DNA of 64,000 nt from an uncultured Dehalococcoidales bacterium (lineage in GTDB: Bacteria; Chloroflexota; Dehalococcoidia; Dehalococcoidales; UBA2162), in the NCBI GenBank assembly GCA_964493985.1, contig CAZBQL010000001.1, positions 3,849 through 67,848 of the forward strand, read 5' to 3'. Under the pieces are notes generated by a model. It saw only the letters and a list, made by a program, of their open reading frames with translations. It was not told where the DNA came from and made no database searches. Positions 47,004-57,314 of this stretch are shown here, one piece after another. The first letter of the stretch is position 1, and each line of letters opens with the position of its first letter. Both the position numbers and the translations under genes were made by a program.

Positions 47004-47906
47004 TTACTCCTCCGCGATTAAATTCTGTTTATACGTGCCGCTGCGGACGATTGTAAAATGAAATATAGGCTGGTTAACACTGAGAACTCTCAGAGGACAG
47101 TGAGTAAGCCCTTCCGGGATAAACAGCAGAGTGCTTTTGGTCAGGATATATTTTTCATCTTCAAGCCAGAACTCCACCTCAGCATTCAGGTCACTTGGCC
47201 TGTCTAGATCGCTGCCAAAGAAACCGATAACCTCATCATAATCATGCTTATGGGCTTCATCATGGTTGAAATCAGTGGCTTTCCAGAGCCAGGTCACATT
47301 CACGTTAAAAGCTCCGGGAGTATTTTCACCGTCCATCCAGAGTACCTTGGTCGCCCTTTGCATATATTCAGCTGAAGGCATCATTCCTTCGGGCATTCTC
47401 AGTTCCTGGAGGATATATTTCTCATACTTACTTTCAGAATGTGCTGGTCTACTTCCAGTTGTGGTTGGTTTTAATTCATCGACAGGTCTTGGTATATATT
47501 TGCCGCCCATTACTACAGTGAAATGAAAAATCGGTTTGTCTGCCCTTAGAACTTGCACAGGGCAATGCTTTAACCCTCCGGGGACGAAGATAAGAGTGCT
47601 TCTATCGAGGATATACTTTTCATTTTCGATCCAGAACTCTACCTCTCCGTAGAGATCGTGTGGATTATCCAGGTCACCACCGAAGAATGCGATCACCTCA
47701 TCATAGTCGTGGGTATGAGCTTTAGAAGGCGTTTCCGTTGGTTTCCCGTACCACGAACAGTTGACCTGGAAGGATCCGGGCACCACGTCTTCATCAAGCC
47801 AGAGTATCTGCGTTGCCCATCGGGCATAATCTGCAGCTCCCGCCTGTATCTCTTCCGGTAATTTAAGGTCCGTCACGATATATTTCGAGTATTTACCTTC
47901 AGCCAC
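47004..47906 (-). CDS. bicupin protein, paralogue family
   Basis: GTG start, MAEGKYSKYIVT N-terminus. Modules AHTHDYDEVIAFFG...VPGGLKHCP and AHKHDYDEVIGFFG...IPEGLTHCP. Confidence 0.75.
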   Translation of the reverse strand: MAEGKYSKYIVTDLKLPEEIQAGAADYARWATQILWLDEDVVPGSFQVNCSWYGKPTETPSKAHTHDYDEVIAFFGGDLDNPHDLYGEVEFWIENEKYILDRSTLIFVPGGLKHCPVQVLRADKPIFHFTVVMGGKYIPRPVDELKPTTTGSRPAHSESKYEKYILQELRMPEGMMPSAEYMQRATKVLWMDGENTPGAFNVNVTWLWKATDFNHDEAHKHDYDEVIGFFGSDLDRPSDLNAEVEFWLEDEKYILTKSTLLFIPEGLTHCPLRVLSVNQPIFHFTIVRSGTYKQNLIAEE

Positions 47907-48293
47907 TAATTACTTGTTTCCTTTTTTATCGTAGTCAGCTCAATCCACTATTGTTAAAAACTAGCTCGATTGTATCACCAGCCCTGTAGTAAGACAATTC
48001 TAGGATACGGACTATCTCAGATCGGACGCGATTTTAATGTTAGTTCTTGCTATTATCCACACGAGAAACAACATCCTCACGACCATACAATCAACTTTAA
48101 AATATGTTGAACGCGAAGCCTTGCCTGACGGTACCACAGACATTATACTTACTTAATGTATAGTTTCCTGCGATACGATTAACTATGCAGACGTTTTCAT
48201 TATGTTCCGGTATCCTGTCCGTCGCTATTTATCTTTTACCTGTTGGTACGGTACAGGAATTTTTCATTTCAAAGAGATGTGTGATGATCACCT

Positions 48294-49682
48294 ATGGGTA
48301 GAAAAACAGAAGAAATAACAAGTACTCCAACCACCAGGGCAGAACGCGACTGGACCCAGGGTAATATATTCAAAAACCTGTTGTCCCTGTCATGGCCGAT
48401 GATTATCAACGAATTTCTCTGGGGAGTAGGATCGATCATCGACATGATATGGGTGGGGAGACTCGGTTCGGAATCTATTGCCGGGGTCGGCGTCGCTGGT
48501 ATCATTGTCATGCTGCTGATGTCATCACTGTTCGGTCTTACAACCGGTACCGCGGCGCTGGTAGCCCGTGCTTTCGGAGCAGGAAACAAGGAAGGTGCCA
48601 ATCACGCTGCCCAGCAGTCATATATTATCGGCGGGATTTATGCGGTTACTTTATCTATACTTGGCATCCTCCTCGCCGAGCCATTAATGGTCCTGTTCGG
48701 ACTGGAGCCAGGCGTCGTTCATGAAGGAGCGACTTACCTGCGCATTCAACTCGCTGGCTCGATACTTATGACGTTCTGGGTAATCGGTGAATTTATTATG
48801 TACGCATCCGGCGACGGCAAGACTCCCATGAAGATAAGCTTTATCGCCCGGGCTCTCCACCTGATTTTCGCACCATTACTCGTCCTCGGCTGGGGTATAT
48901 TCCCCAGGCTTGGTGTTAGCGGAGCCGCTTTGGCCAACATTATTGCCTACTGCGGAGGAATGATCCTTGCCTTCTGGGTGCTTTTTACCGGGAAGACCCG
49001 CATCAAATTAACTCTGAAAAATTTCCGCGTCGATCTCAACCTTATCCGGCGTACCATAAAAATTGGAATCCCGTCCAGCGTCAGCAATATCCAGAGATCA
49101 CTCAGTAATCTGGTCCTGTTATGGCTGATAGCCCCCTTTGGCACCATTGCGGTGGCGGGGCATTCTTTGTGCCAGAGAATTGAGGGAATCCTTTTTATGC
49201 CGGGTATGGGACTGGGTGCAGCCGCCGGGACGCTCGTAGGGCAGAACCTGGGGGCCAGACAACCTGACCGGGCAGAAAAAAGCGGCTGGATGGCATCAGG
49301 AGTGGTAACCGGTATCATGGTCATCGGTTCGGTGGTAATACTGATATGGGCGGAAAAGATAATCGGTATCTTCACTACCGAGCCTGACCTGGTCGAAATG
49401 GGAGCCGTTTTCATGCGGATAGCGACAGCAGGATACCTGGTGATGGGCTTCAGTTCGGTCCTGATGCAGAGTATATCCAACGCCGGAGATACTCTGCCGC
49501 CGATGATTTTCAATATCGTTATGATGTGGGTGGTACAGATACCGCTGGCCTGGGCATTACCCAAATATGCCGGCATGGAGGTACTCGGGGTACGCTGGGC
49601 TATCGTGATCGGGCGATACGTGGCAGGAATAGCCTATATAGTATACTACAGACTGGGCCGCTGGAAATTAAAAAGAATCTAA
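48294..49682 (+). CDS. MATE-family efflux transporter
   Basis: 462 aa, 12 TM helices, NorM-like N-terminus (IFKNLLSLSWPMII). Confidence 0.9.
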   Translation: MGRKTEEITSTPTTRAERDWTQGNIFKNLLSLSWPMIINEFLWGVGSIIDMIWVGRLGSESIAGVGVAGIIVMLLMSSLFGLTTGTAALVARAFGAGNKEGANHAAQQSYIIGGIYAVTLSILGILLAEPLMVLFGLEPGVVHEGATYLRIQLAGSILMTFWVIGEFIMYASGDGKTPMKISFIARALHLIFAPLLVLGWGIFPRLGVSGAALANIIAYCGGMILAFWVLFTGKTRIKLTLKNFRVDLNLIRRTIKIGIPSSVSNIQRSLSNLVLLWLIAPFGTIAVAGHSLCQRIEGILFMPGMGLGAAAGTLVGQNLGARQPDRAEKSGWMASGVVTGIMVIGSVVILIWAEKIIGIFTTEPDLVEMGAVFMRIATAGYLVMGFSSVLMQSISNAGDTLPPMIFNIVMMWVVQIPLAWALPKYAGMEVLGVRWAIVIGRYVAGIAYIVYYRLGRWKLKRI

Positions 49683-49719
49683 TAATGAACCTGAATTAGA
49701 GAAATACCATTAACCGAAT

Positions 49720-51207
49720 TTATTCGGATGGCGGGGGACTTTTTCCGGGTAACTGTCCGGCTACTACTGCGGCCGCTATTGCCGCAATTCTCTTCCTCTC
49801 ATCGAATATTTGAGAAAGCCTTTCTTCCATCGGTTTATCTCTTTCGATGATTCTCTTCATATTCTCCAGGAGTGAGGTTTCGTTCTCTATAAAATGAGTG
49901 GTCAATTCGCCACTTATAAAACGCTCATTCTCCATGACCGCTTTGTGGAAAGGAATGTTCGTTTTCAGACCCAGTATGATATATTCATAGAGCGCACGAC
50001 GCATCCTGTGGATGGCTTCAGTTCGATCTCTTCCCCAGACGATAAGCTTGGAGATCATCGGGTCATATATCGGCGGTATGGTATACCTTGTATAAACACT
50101 ACTGTCGATACGTACGCCAATACCTCCCGGCGACCGATAACCTCTGAGCTTGCCCGGTGAAGGTACGAACCTGTTCAGGGGGTCTTCGGCATTGATCCTG
50201 CATTCAATCGCCCAACCTCTCGCTTTAACCTCATCCTGCTTGAAACTTAAAGGATTTCCGGCTGCAATTGAAATCTGCTCTTTCACAATATCTATTCCGT
50301 ATACCATCTCGGTAACCGGGTGCTCGACCTGGACGCGGGTATTGGCCTCCAGGAAATAAAAATTCCCGTTCGAATACAGAAATTCTATCGTACCGGCACC
50401 TTCGTAGTTAACCCATCGCCCGGCCTTAACAGCGGTCTCGCCCATAACGGCGCGAAGTTCCGGGGTAATGACCGGCGAAGGAGCTTCTTCTATCAGTTTC
50501 TGGTGGCGTCGCTGAATAGAACACTCTCTTTCTCCAAGATGAACTACATTATCGTGAATGTCCGCCATTATCTGGATTTCGATATGACGGGGATTCTCCA
50601 GGTATTTCTCCATATAAATATCGGCAAGTCCGAAAGTAGACGAGGCTATCGCCTGGGAAGACTCAAGCGCTGCACGAAGCTCTCCCTCGTTCCTAACGAT
50701 ACCCATGCCAATGCCGCCGCCGCCTCCAGCCGGTTTGCAGATTACCGGATATCCTATTGTTTCAGCTATTTCCCTGGCATGTTCGTAATCGGTAATTTCT
50801 TCCTTGGAACCCGGCACGACCGGCACGCCGGCTTTCTCCATTTCCCGCCGGGCAGCTATCTTGTTGCCCATTAACTCCAGCAGTTTACTCGAAGGCCCGA
50901 TAAACTTGATACCGGCTTTGTCGCAGGCATACGCGAAGTTCGGATTTTCAGCCAGGAATCCATAACCGGGATGGATGGCATCAGCCTCGCACTCACCAGC
51001 CACCTCGATTACCTTGTTAATGTTCAGGTAACTCTCTATTGCCGGCGCACGACCTATGTATATGGATTCGTCAGCATATTTGGCAAAGAGTGCATCCTTG
51101 TCCGCCTCAGAATAGACCGATACAGAGGTAAGACCGAGTTCACGGCAGGCCCTCATTATACGGATAGCTATTTCGCCACGGTTAGCGACAAGTACTTTCT
51201 TAATCAT
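49720..51207 (-). CDS. pycA: biotin carboxylase subunit (pyruvate carboxylase subunit A / AccC-like)
   Basis: MIKKVLVANRGEIAIRI and an ATP-grasp domain. It overlaps the upstream pycB stop. Confidence 0.9.
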   Translation of the reverse strand: MIKKVLVANRGEIAIRIMRACRELGLTSVSVYSEADKDALFAKYADESIYIGRAPAIESYLNINKVIEVAGECEADAIHPGYGFLAENPNFAYACDKAGIKFIGPSSKLLELMGNKIAARREMEKAGVPVVPGSKEEITDYEHAREIAETIGYPVICKPAGGGGGIGMGIVRNEGELRAALESSQAIASSTFGLADIYMEKYLENPRHIEIQIMADIHDNVVHLGERECSIQRRHQKLIEEAPSPVITPELRAVMGETAVKAGRWVNYEGAGTIEFLYSNGNFYFLEANTRVQVEHPVTEMVYGIDIVKEQISIAAGNPLSFKQDEVKARGWAIECRINAEDPLNRFVPSPGKLRGYRSPGGIGVRIDSSVYTRYTIPPIYDPMISKLIVWGRDRTEAIHRMRRALYEYIILGLKTNIPFHKAVMENERFISGELTTHFIENETSLLENMKRIIERDKPMEERLSQIFDERKRIAAIAAAVVAGQLPGKSPPPSE

Positions 51208-52927
51208 CGGCTTCCACCACCATCAAGATATCTCCAGCACTTACCACCTCGCCCTGGAAGGTGAAAAGTTCCTTTACAGTCCCATCATATTCGGCTACGA
51301 TGTTGTTCTGCATTTTCATGGCTTCGATAGTCAACAGGACGTCACCTTCCTTGACACTGTCACCGGCTTTTACCTTTATCGCCAGGATCATACCCTGCAT
51401 TGGTGATACGACTGCACCTTCGGGAACTTCCTGGGGTTTCTGTGGACTTTCTACACTGATGGTTTTACTCATGATGGAGGATACTTTAACGTTAAATACC
51501 TCACCGTCAACATCCACGGCAAATTCCGCCGGGAGGTCCGTTGTTCCCGGGCCCTTTGATGTAGCTTCCGTGGGTGAAGGCATGGCTTCTTCCTTTAGCT
51601 CTCCACGCAGGAATTTTACCGCTACCTGAGGATAAAGAGCGTAGGTCACCAGGTCTTCGTCACTGTGAATGATTCCGAGTTTATGTCCTTCTTCCGACAG
51701 TTTTTCCAGTTCCGGTTCAAGCAGATCTGCGGGACGACCTTCAATAACCGGTTCGTCACTTATTACCTGTTTCCTGATCTCTTCGTTCACCGGTCCGGGC
51801 GGTCGACCGTAGAGACCGAGAAAATAGTTTTTTACCTCCTGGGTTACCTGCTTGTACCGTTCACCAAGCAGGACATTGAGTACTGCCTGAATACCCACAA
51901 CCTGGCTTGTCGGTGTTACCAGAGGGGGATAACCAAGGTCCTCCCTGACCCGGGGGACTTCTTCGAGTACCTCGCTGTATTTGTCCAGGGCACTTTGTTC
52001 CCTTAACTGGCTGACAAGATTCGAAAGCATTCCGCCGGGAATCTGGTGCAGGAGTACATTCACGCTTGGGCGTGTGGTCTCGGCAGTGAACAGCATCCGA
52101 TATTTACTGGCCACAGAAGCAAAATATTCGCCAATTTCATACATCAGTTCAAGGTCGATACCGGTATCGTACGGAGTACCCTGCAGAGTAGCCACCATAC
52201 TCTCAGTTGGTGGCTGTGAAGTACCCCACCCGAACGCTGAAAAAGCCGTGTCCAGGATATCGACTCCCGCTTCGGCTGCCGCAAAGTAACTTGCCGGGGC
52301 CATTCCGCTGGAGCAGTGTGAATGAAGACCAATCGGAATGCTCGTCCTGCTTGTTATCGTCTTGACCAGGTCCGTAGCGAGAGCGGGAGAGATAAGTCCA
52401 GCCATGTCCTTGACACATATAGAGTCGCAACCAAGATTCTCCAGGTCTTTAGCCATTTCGGCAAATTTTTCATTATTATGGACCGGGCTGGTAGTATAGC
52501 ATATCGTACCCTGCACATGGCCCTTGTATTTACCGACGGCTCTGATCGCAGGTTCCATGTTCCTGAGGTCGTTCAACGCATCGAAAATGCGAAAAACATC
52601 GACGCCGTTCTTGACAGAGAGCCTCACGAATTCATCCAGTACATCATCGGCATAGTGACGATAACCGACAAGGTTCTGTCCCCGGAGAAGCATCTGCAAG
52701 CGTGTATTTTTCACGATTTTCCGCAGGCTTCGAAGCCTCTCCCAGGGATCTTCGTTGAGGAAGCGAATACAGGCATCGAAGGTGGCTCCTCCCCATACTT
52801 CGAGCGAAAAAAATCCCGCCTGGTCCAGTTTTTCCGCGATCGGGAGCATATCTCTCGTCCGCATCCTGGTTGCGATCAGAGACTGGTGCCCATCTCTTAA
52901 AGTCGTTTCTGTTATCTGTACACCCAT
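51200..52927 (-). CDS. pycB: pyruvate carboxylase subunit B (carboxyltransferase plus biotinyl domain)
   Basis: HMGL-like TIM barrel (ETTLRDGHQS), C-terminal EAMKMQN biotinylation motif. Confidence 0.9.
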   Translation of the reverse strand: MGVQITETTLRDGHQSLIATRMRTRDMLPIAEKLDQAGFFSLEVWGGATFDACIRFLNEDPWERLRSLRKIVKNTRLQMLLRGQNLVGYRHYADDVLDEFVRLSVKNGVDVFRIFDALNDLRNMEPAIRAVGKYKGHVQGTICYTTSPVHNNEKFAEMAKDLENLGCDSICVKDMAGLISPALATDLVKTITSRTSIPIGLHSHCSSGMAPASYFAAAEAGVDILDTAFSAFGWGTSQPPTESMVATLQGTPYDTGIDLELMYEIGEYFASVASKYRMLFTAETTRPSVNVLLHQIPGGMLSNLVSQLREQSALDKYSEVLEEVPRVREDLGYPPLVTPTSQVVGIQAVLNVLLGERYKQVTQEVKNYFLGLYGRPPGPVNEEIRKQVISDEPVIEGRPADLLEPELEKLSEEGHKLGIIHSDEDLVTYALYPQVAVKFLRGELKEEAMPSPTEATSKGPGTTDLPAEFAVDVDGEVFNVKVSSIMSKTISVESPQKPQEVPEGAVVSPMQGMILAIKVKAGDSVKEGDVLLTIEAMKMQNNIVAEYDGTVKELFTFQGEVVSAGDILMVVEADD

Positions 52928-53015
52928 AATATCCCTGTGTCACCTGCTTTCCAGATTATTTGTAAGTAATTGACCCATTACGATACTCTTATTTTACACA
53001 ATTACAAACCGAGCG

Positions 53016-54104
53016 TCAGTTTATGAGGTTCAGTTCTTTTTTTAGAATATCTGAGATTTCGTTCAGGTAATTAAAAGCCCGTTCAACCAGGACTTCTTCC
53101 ACAGAGAGGTTAACCTCTAGGACTTCACCGGGTTTTACATCGTCACTCGCCCCCACCAGCCCGATATTCTTCAGGCAGCATCGAGCCGGAGCCAGGAGCG
53201 CTTGACCGGCAATCGTATTCAGTGATAAACCTGTATTATCGGATATCACTTTCCAGTACTTGACCAGCAGATTGGTAAGACTTTGTGGGGTATGTATGCT
53301 CAGGTTGTCAGAATCAGTCGGCACTATTCCCCAGGATATGATACCGCCGTTAGTAATAAATCTGGATACTGAAGCAGCGTATCCTTTGGGCATCAATTGC
53401 ATCTGGTAGGCATCGAAGGAGAGCAGGTCGACTCCAATTTCCAGGAGGTACGATAAGTTAACATTGGCACACAAGTGCAATGCCCGGATACTCTCCAAGC
53501 CTGTTAAAAAGCTCTGGTAGTCCTTCGCTGCCTGAACGTCGCTATACCCGGACAGGCCGCTGAAAACCCAACTCAGTCCCGGTTCGTCCAGCCAGACGAA
53601 TGCATTTTCGTTTTTCTCTCTGAGTTCTTTATACTGAATGTTGATCTTCCTCATTATGAAATCGAACAGTATTGTCCTGACACTATCGTTATAAATAACG
53701 GGGCGTTTTTTTTCATCGACTACCTTAAAACCAAAACTGACCGGCCCGATCAACTGACCCCGTATAGCACTATAATCATCCAGTTTTTCTTCGAGGAAAC
53801 GGTGATAGACCACGGAATACTTCTCACTCAGTGAGAAAGCTTCCGGGTCTTCCATTTTCAGAGAGTAGTCCACCAGTTCTTTTTCAAACCTCGAAGTCTC
53901 GAAATCCAGCCGGCTGTTTTCTTCATCGACGATTATGCCGGGAAAATGCTGTGAAAACTGGGCATACATATCCTCGTAATAACTCACGTGGGGCAGTTGA
54001 GGCCAGAACGGTATATCCAGGCTTAAAGTAAGTTGTAAAGCCCTGTCGATATCACGATGCGGCATTATCCCCATAGCCGTAGTTTTGCAGTTCCCTTTAA
54101 ACAC
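53016..54104 (-). CDS. UROD/MetE-fold protein (cobalamin-independent methionine-synthase-like), function unknown
   Basis: N-terminal TTAMGIMPHRDIDRAL...FWPQLP, later LHLC and ARCC as possible zinc ligands. The assignment is tentative. Confidence 0.5.
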   Translation of the reverse strand: MFKGNCKTTAMGIMPHRDIDRALQLTLSLDIPFWPQLPHVSYYEDMYAQFSQHFPGIIVDEENSRLDFETSRFEKELVDYSLKMEDPEAFSLSEKYSVVYHRFLEEKLDDYSAIRGQLIGPVSFGFKVVDEKKRPVIYNDSVRTILFDFIMRKINIQYKELREKNENAFVWLDEPGLSWVFSGLSGYSDVQAAKDYQSFLTGLESIRALHLCANVNLSYLLEIGVDLLSFDAYQMQLMPKGYAASVSRFITNGGIISWGIVPTDSDNLSIHTPQSLTNLLVKYWKVISDNTGLSLNTIAGQALLAPARCCLKNIGLVGASDDVKPGEVLEVNLSVEEVLVERAFNYLNEISDILKKELNLIN

Positions 54105-54247
54105 CCCTGTTTTTCACCGCAACAAGTATTTAACTCCATTATACACAAAAGTGAATTACGACATAACGACCGCAAAATCGGGGAAAGTCCGGTCATCATT
54201 GACCGTTATCAGTCCGGTGTGTATTATTTCAATGGATTCCACACATA

Positions 54248-55495
54248 ATGTCTATTATCAAGCGTCTGCAAGAACGAACCGGCATTACGGGGGAAATGAC
54301 GGCGGTACTGGCTGTCATGGGACTTACTATCCTGGCAATGAGCCTGCCCAATCCGGTATTACCACTCTATTTGACTTCCATCGGCATCGGGCCGGCGTTA
54401 CTGGGAACGATGCTTTCCGTTGCCATGTTCGGCATGGCTATCGGCGAGGCCGGCTGGGGATGGCTGGCAGACAGGACAGGGATAAGACTCGCCATGATAA
54501 CCGGCACATTTTTCACCGGTCTTTCCGTCCTGATGTTCGTCTTCACGCAGAGTGTTCCCATTATCTTCAGCATATTCTTTATCTGGGGATTTCTTCGCTC
54601 CGCTGTGTTCGGTCCGATACGCGGCTATATAGGTACCACTGCCCCTCCCCATAAAAAAGCTACCTTCATGGCCCTTTCGGCCGTTATGCTATCGGCTTCC
54701 AGCAGTCTGGGGGCACTCCCGAGCGGCTTTCTGGTAGATTCACTCGGATACCATTCCATCTTTTATACCTCGCTGGGTGTGTCGATAATCGGTGGAGTAA
54801 TCGTACTTAGCACGTTGAAATACAACAAAGTCTCCTCTGGAAAAGTGATCGAAGAAGAGACTTTGGAAGATATACCTCCGAAACTAAAATTCAACCTGTT
54901 TTCCCTGACGCCGATGTGCCTGGTTACCGCATTGAGATTCTTCGGACTGGGATGCATGATGACATTCCTACCTCTCTTCGCGACCGAGGAAGCCGGTGTT
55001 GATATCACGCTGGTCGGAGTCCTCTTTACCATAGGAGGGCTGGCTAACGTGGCATTGACCGTTCCCACCGGGATCCTGGCAGACCGGATGGGTAAGAAGA
55101 ACATCATGATGGCCGGTATGATAGTATCAGCCGGCGCAATGGCAGGAATTGCATACTCAGGGAACTTTAGCTGGCTGGTTGCGTACATGGTCCTGAACAG
55201 CCTGGGAATGGCGCTCTTCAGCCCGGCAGCACTCGGGTTGCTTTCAGACTCGGTACCTCTAAACAGGCAGAGCACCGCAATGGGCTTCTACGGCGGCATC
55301 TGCGAGAACGTGGGAATCCTGGCAGGTTCGGCACTTGGAGGTGTCATCTGGGATGCCCTCGGTCCGCAATCGACATTTTTTACCGGAGCAATAGCGTGCG
55401 GACTGGGTGCAGTACTGTGTATTACTCTGGTAAAAAATGTAGTTGCAGGAACACCCGGTATTAAATCAACAACCGGAGAAGATACTATCAACTGA
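54248..55495 (+). CDS. MFS transporter
   Basis: 415 aa, 12 TM helices, GxLADRxGR-type loops (WLADRTGIR, ILADRMGKK). Confidence 0.85.
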   Translation: MSIIKRLQERTGITGEMTAVLAVMGLTILAMSLPNPVLPLYLTSIGIGPALLGTMLSVAMFGMAIGEAGWGWLADRTGIRLAMITGTFFTGLSVLMFVFTQSVPIIFSIFFIWGFLRSAVFGPIRGYIGTTAPPHKKATFMALSAVMLSASSSLGALPSGFLVDSLGYHSIFYTSLGVSIIGGVIVLSTLKYNKVSSGKVIEEETLEDIPPKLKFNLFSLTPMCLVTALRFFGLGCMMTFLPLFATEEAGVDITLVGVLFTIGGLANVALTVPTGILADRMGKKNIMMAGMIVSAGAMAGIAYSGNFSWLVAYMVLNSLGMALFSPAALGLLSDSVPLNRQSTAMGFYGGICENVGILAGSALGGVIWDALGPQSTFFTGAIACGLGAVLCITLVKNVVAGTPGIKSTTGEDTIN

Positions 55496-55533
55496 AAACT
55501 TAAGAATATGACATTACAATACAATGTAAAAAA

Positions 55534-55567
55534 ATAGTCCCGCCTTTGTCAGGCGGGACTATTTTAA
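55534..55567. terminator. bidirectional rho-independent terminator
   Basis: ATAGTCCCGCC-tttgtca-GGCGGGACTAT, flanked by an A-run and TTTT. It lies between convergent MFS and pilin genes. Confidence 0.8.
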
Positions 55568-55605
55568 GGAGGACCGAATATTACCTCAAGCTACTCCTAT
55601 ATTTG

Positions 55606-55992
55606 TTATGGACAAACCTGGGTTACCGTACCGTTAGCAGTAACTGTATACTCGCAACCAGACTTGGTTGTGCCGTCCGCGTTGAGGTTAGTCATAAACT
55701 CGGAAACAGTAATATTACCGCTCGCAGACTGAAGCTGGTCCATATCATCCGTCGGACCGCCTGGTGCCATATAACCTTCGGATTTAGCCATTACAGCCAT
55801 GACAGCAGTCTGTACGTTGTGGAATTCAGTATCATCAGCCGTATCTTCACCTGTACCGATGAAACTACCGACATTAGGTATCGCAATAGCCGCCAGAACT
55901 CCGAGAATAGCTACGACCACCAGCAGTTCGATAAGGGTGAACCCTTTCTCTCCTCTGGCAAATAAGCCCTTGGGCTTTTTATTTCTCTGCAT
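55606..55992 (-). CDS. type IV pilin / pseudopilin with prepilin-type N-terminal methylation motif
   Basis: Leader MQRNKKPKGLFARGEKG|FTLIELLVVVAILGVLAAIAIP. C-terminal Cys pair SGC...QVCP. GGAGG SD. Confidence 0.85.
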   Translation of the reverse strand: MQRNKKPKGLFARGEKGFTLIELLVVVAILGVLAAIAIPNVGSFIGTGEDTADDTEFHNVQTAVMAVMAKSEGYMAPGGPTDDMDQLQSASGNITVSEFMTNLNADGTTKSGCEYTVTANGTVTQVCP

Positions 55993-56264
55993 CTCCTTCC
56001 TCCTTTCCTTACTTTGGTTTTAGTTACAGTATAGGGCTGACACACCACGCATAAAATAACCGAAATGATTATTTAGGTGTAATCCTTTGGGAGTACTCGT
56101 ACTTCTCTTACAGGGTGTTTTGACAGAGATACGACCGAGACCGAGGACCTGTATAGACCTGAGAAAATACAGGACTGGTATTAGAAGCATAAAAAAACAC
56201 GGCGCTGTTTCATGTAAATGTATAAAATCAAACCGTGTGTTATATGATCGAACTTGTAACCTTG

Positions 56265-56726
56265 TTACGCTGGAACCGTTTCACCCTGGTGAACTCTTCT
56301 GATGCAGTCAGTCAGGACGTTAAACTTTGCTCCTTTTAGTAGGTACGCTCTTACGCCATATTCAAATGCTTTCGACTCAAAATCCTGGTAACTGGTAAGC
56401 ATTATGATTTTACAGGGTGAACCACTTTGATTCAGTATCCTGCTGGCTTCCAGTCCATTGAGCCCGGGCATTCTCTCATCCATTATGATAATATCAGGTT
56501 CGAGTTCAGCCGCCTTTTCCAGGCTTTCCTGTCCATTTGTCGCTTCGCCTATCACTTCTATATCGTTCGTAAGAGTTAAAAGATTCTTTAACGCTTGCCG
56601 GATTTCTTCATGGTCATCGACAAGCATAATTCGAATACTCTCAACTTCGGCACTGCTATGGTTCTTATTTGATGTAAACTCTTGCATCATTTCCTCGTCT
56701 AAAGTATTGCATTCATTACCAGACAA
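56265..56726 (-). CDS. stand-alone receiver-domain response regulator
   Basis: TTG start behind GGAGG. IMLVDDHEE...IIIMDERMPGLNG...IIMLTS...K. No output domain. Confidence 0.8.
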   Translation of the reverse strand: MSGNECNTLDEEMMQEFTSNKNHSSAEVESIRIMLVDDHEEIRQALKNLLTLTNDIEVIGEATNGQESLEKAAELEPDIIIMDERMPGLNGLEASRILNQSGSPCKIIMLTSYQDFESKAFEYGVRAYLLKGAKFNVLTDCIRRVHQGETVPA

Positions 56727-56930
56727 CTAATCCTCCAAAATGACTATTTATCTATGCTACTTTAGGACTAATTACGTTCATACATTGGCATTTCTCGCAG
56801 CGGAATCACACTCAGAAATTATAATCTACCAATCTGCACGCTGTTTTACATGAATATTAATGAAACCTTTATAAATCTTTTACAAAACCTTTAGTTTCTT
56901 AACGCTCATCTTTATGGTCGTCTGTTAGAT

Positions 56931-57314
56931 TTGAATCAAGGTGAAGACCGCGAATTGTGGAGGAAACAAAAAGTGGATAGTTGCACACTTGATAATAACA
57001 GTCGTTTAAAAATACGTAACTTGATGTTACTGTGGGGAGCCCTGTTCAGTCTTGTTGTGACAGACGGGATAATCACTCAATATCTTATCACTCACGGAAT
57101 TGCATGGGAGTTGAATCCATTTCTGGTGAGTTTTATAAATAAAAATGTATTCCTTCTGATAAAAGGTGCAGGCGTTTTATTTGCCATTTCCATTTTGTGG
57201 GACATATCAAAGAGAAATTACCGCCTTGCGCTTGCAACTTCAAGTTTCTTCGTTATGTTTTATACCCTGGTCGTGCTCTGGAACACATATCTGTGCACTA
57301 TGAAATGGATGTAA
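56931..57314 (+). CDS. small membrane protein (DUF5658-like)
   Basis: TTG start, 3-4 TM helices, VVTDGIITQYLITHGIAWELNPFL. Confidence 0.5.
   Translation: MNQGEDRELWRKQKVDSCTLDNNSRLKIRNLMLLWGALFSLVVTDGIITQYLITHGIAWELNPFLVSFINKNVFLLIKGAGVLFAISILWDISKRNYRLALATSSFFVMFYTLVVLWNTYLCTMKWM

Noticed and set aside
48947-49576. 209-aa minus-strand ORF inside the MATE transporter gene.
   Set aside because: It is antisense to a 12-TM transporter frame and has no start context or motifs.
54085-54654. 189-aa plus-strand ORF overlapping the start of the MFS gene.
   Set aside because: It is out of frame with the 12-TM MFS frame, and its composition is Arg/His/Gly-rich, so it is a shadow ORF.
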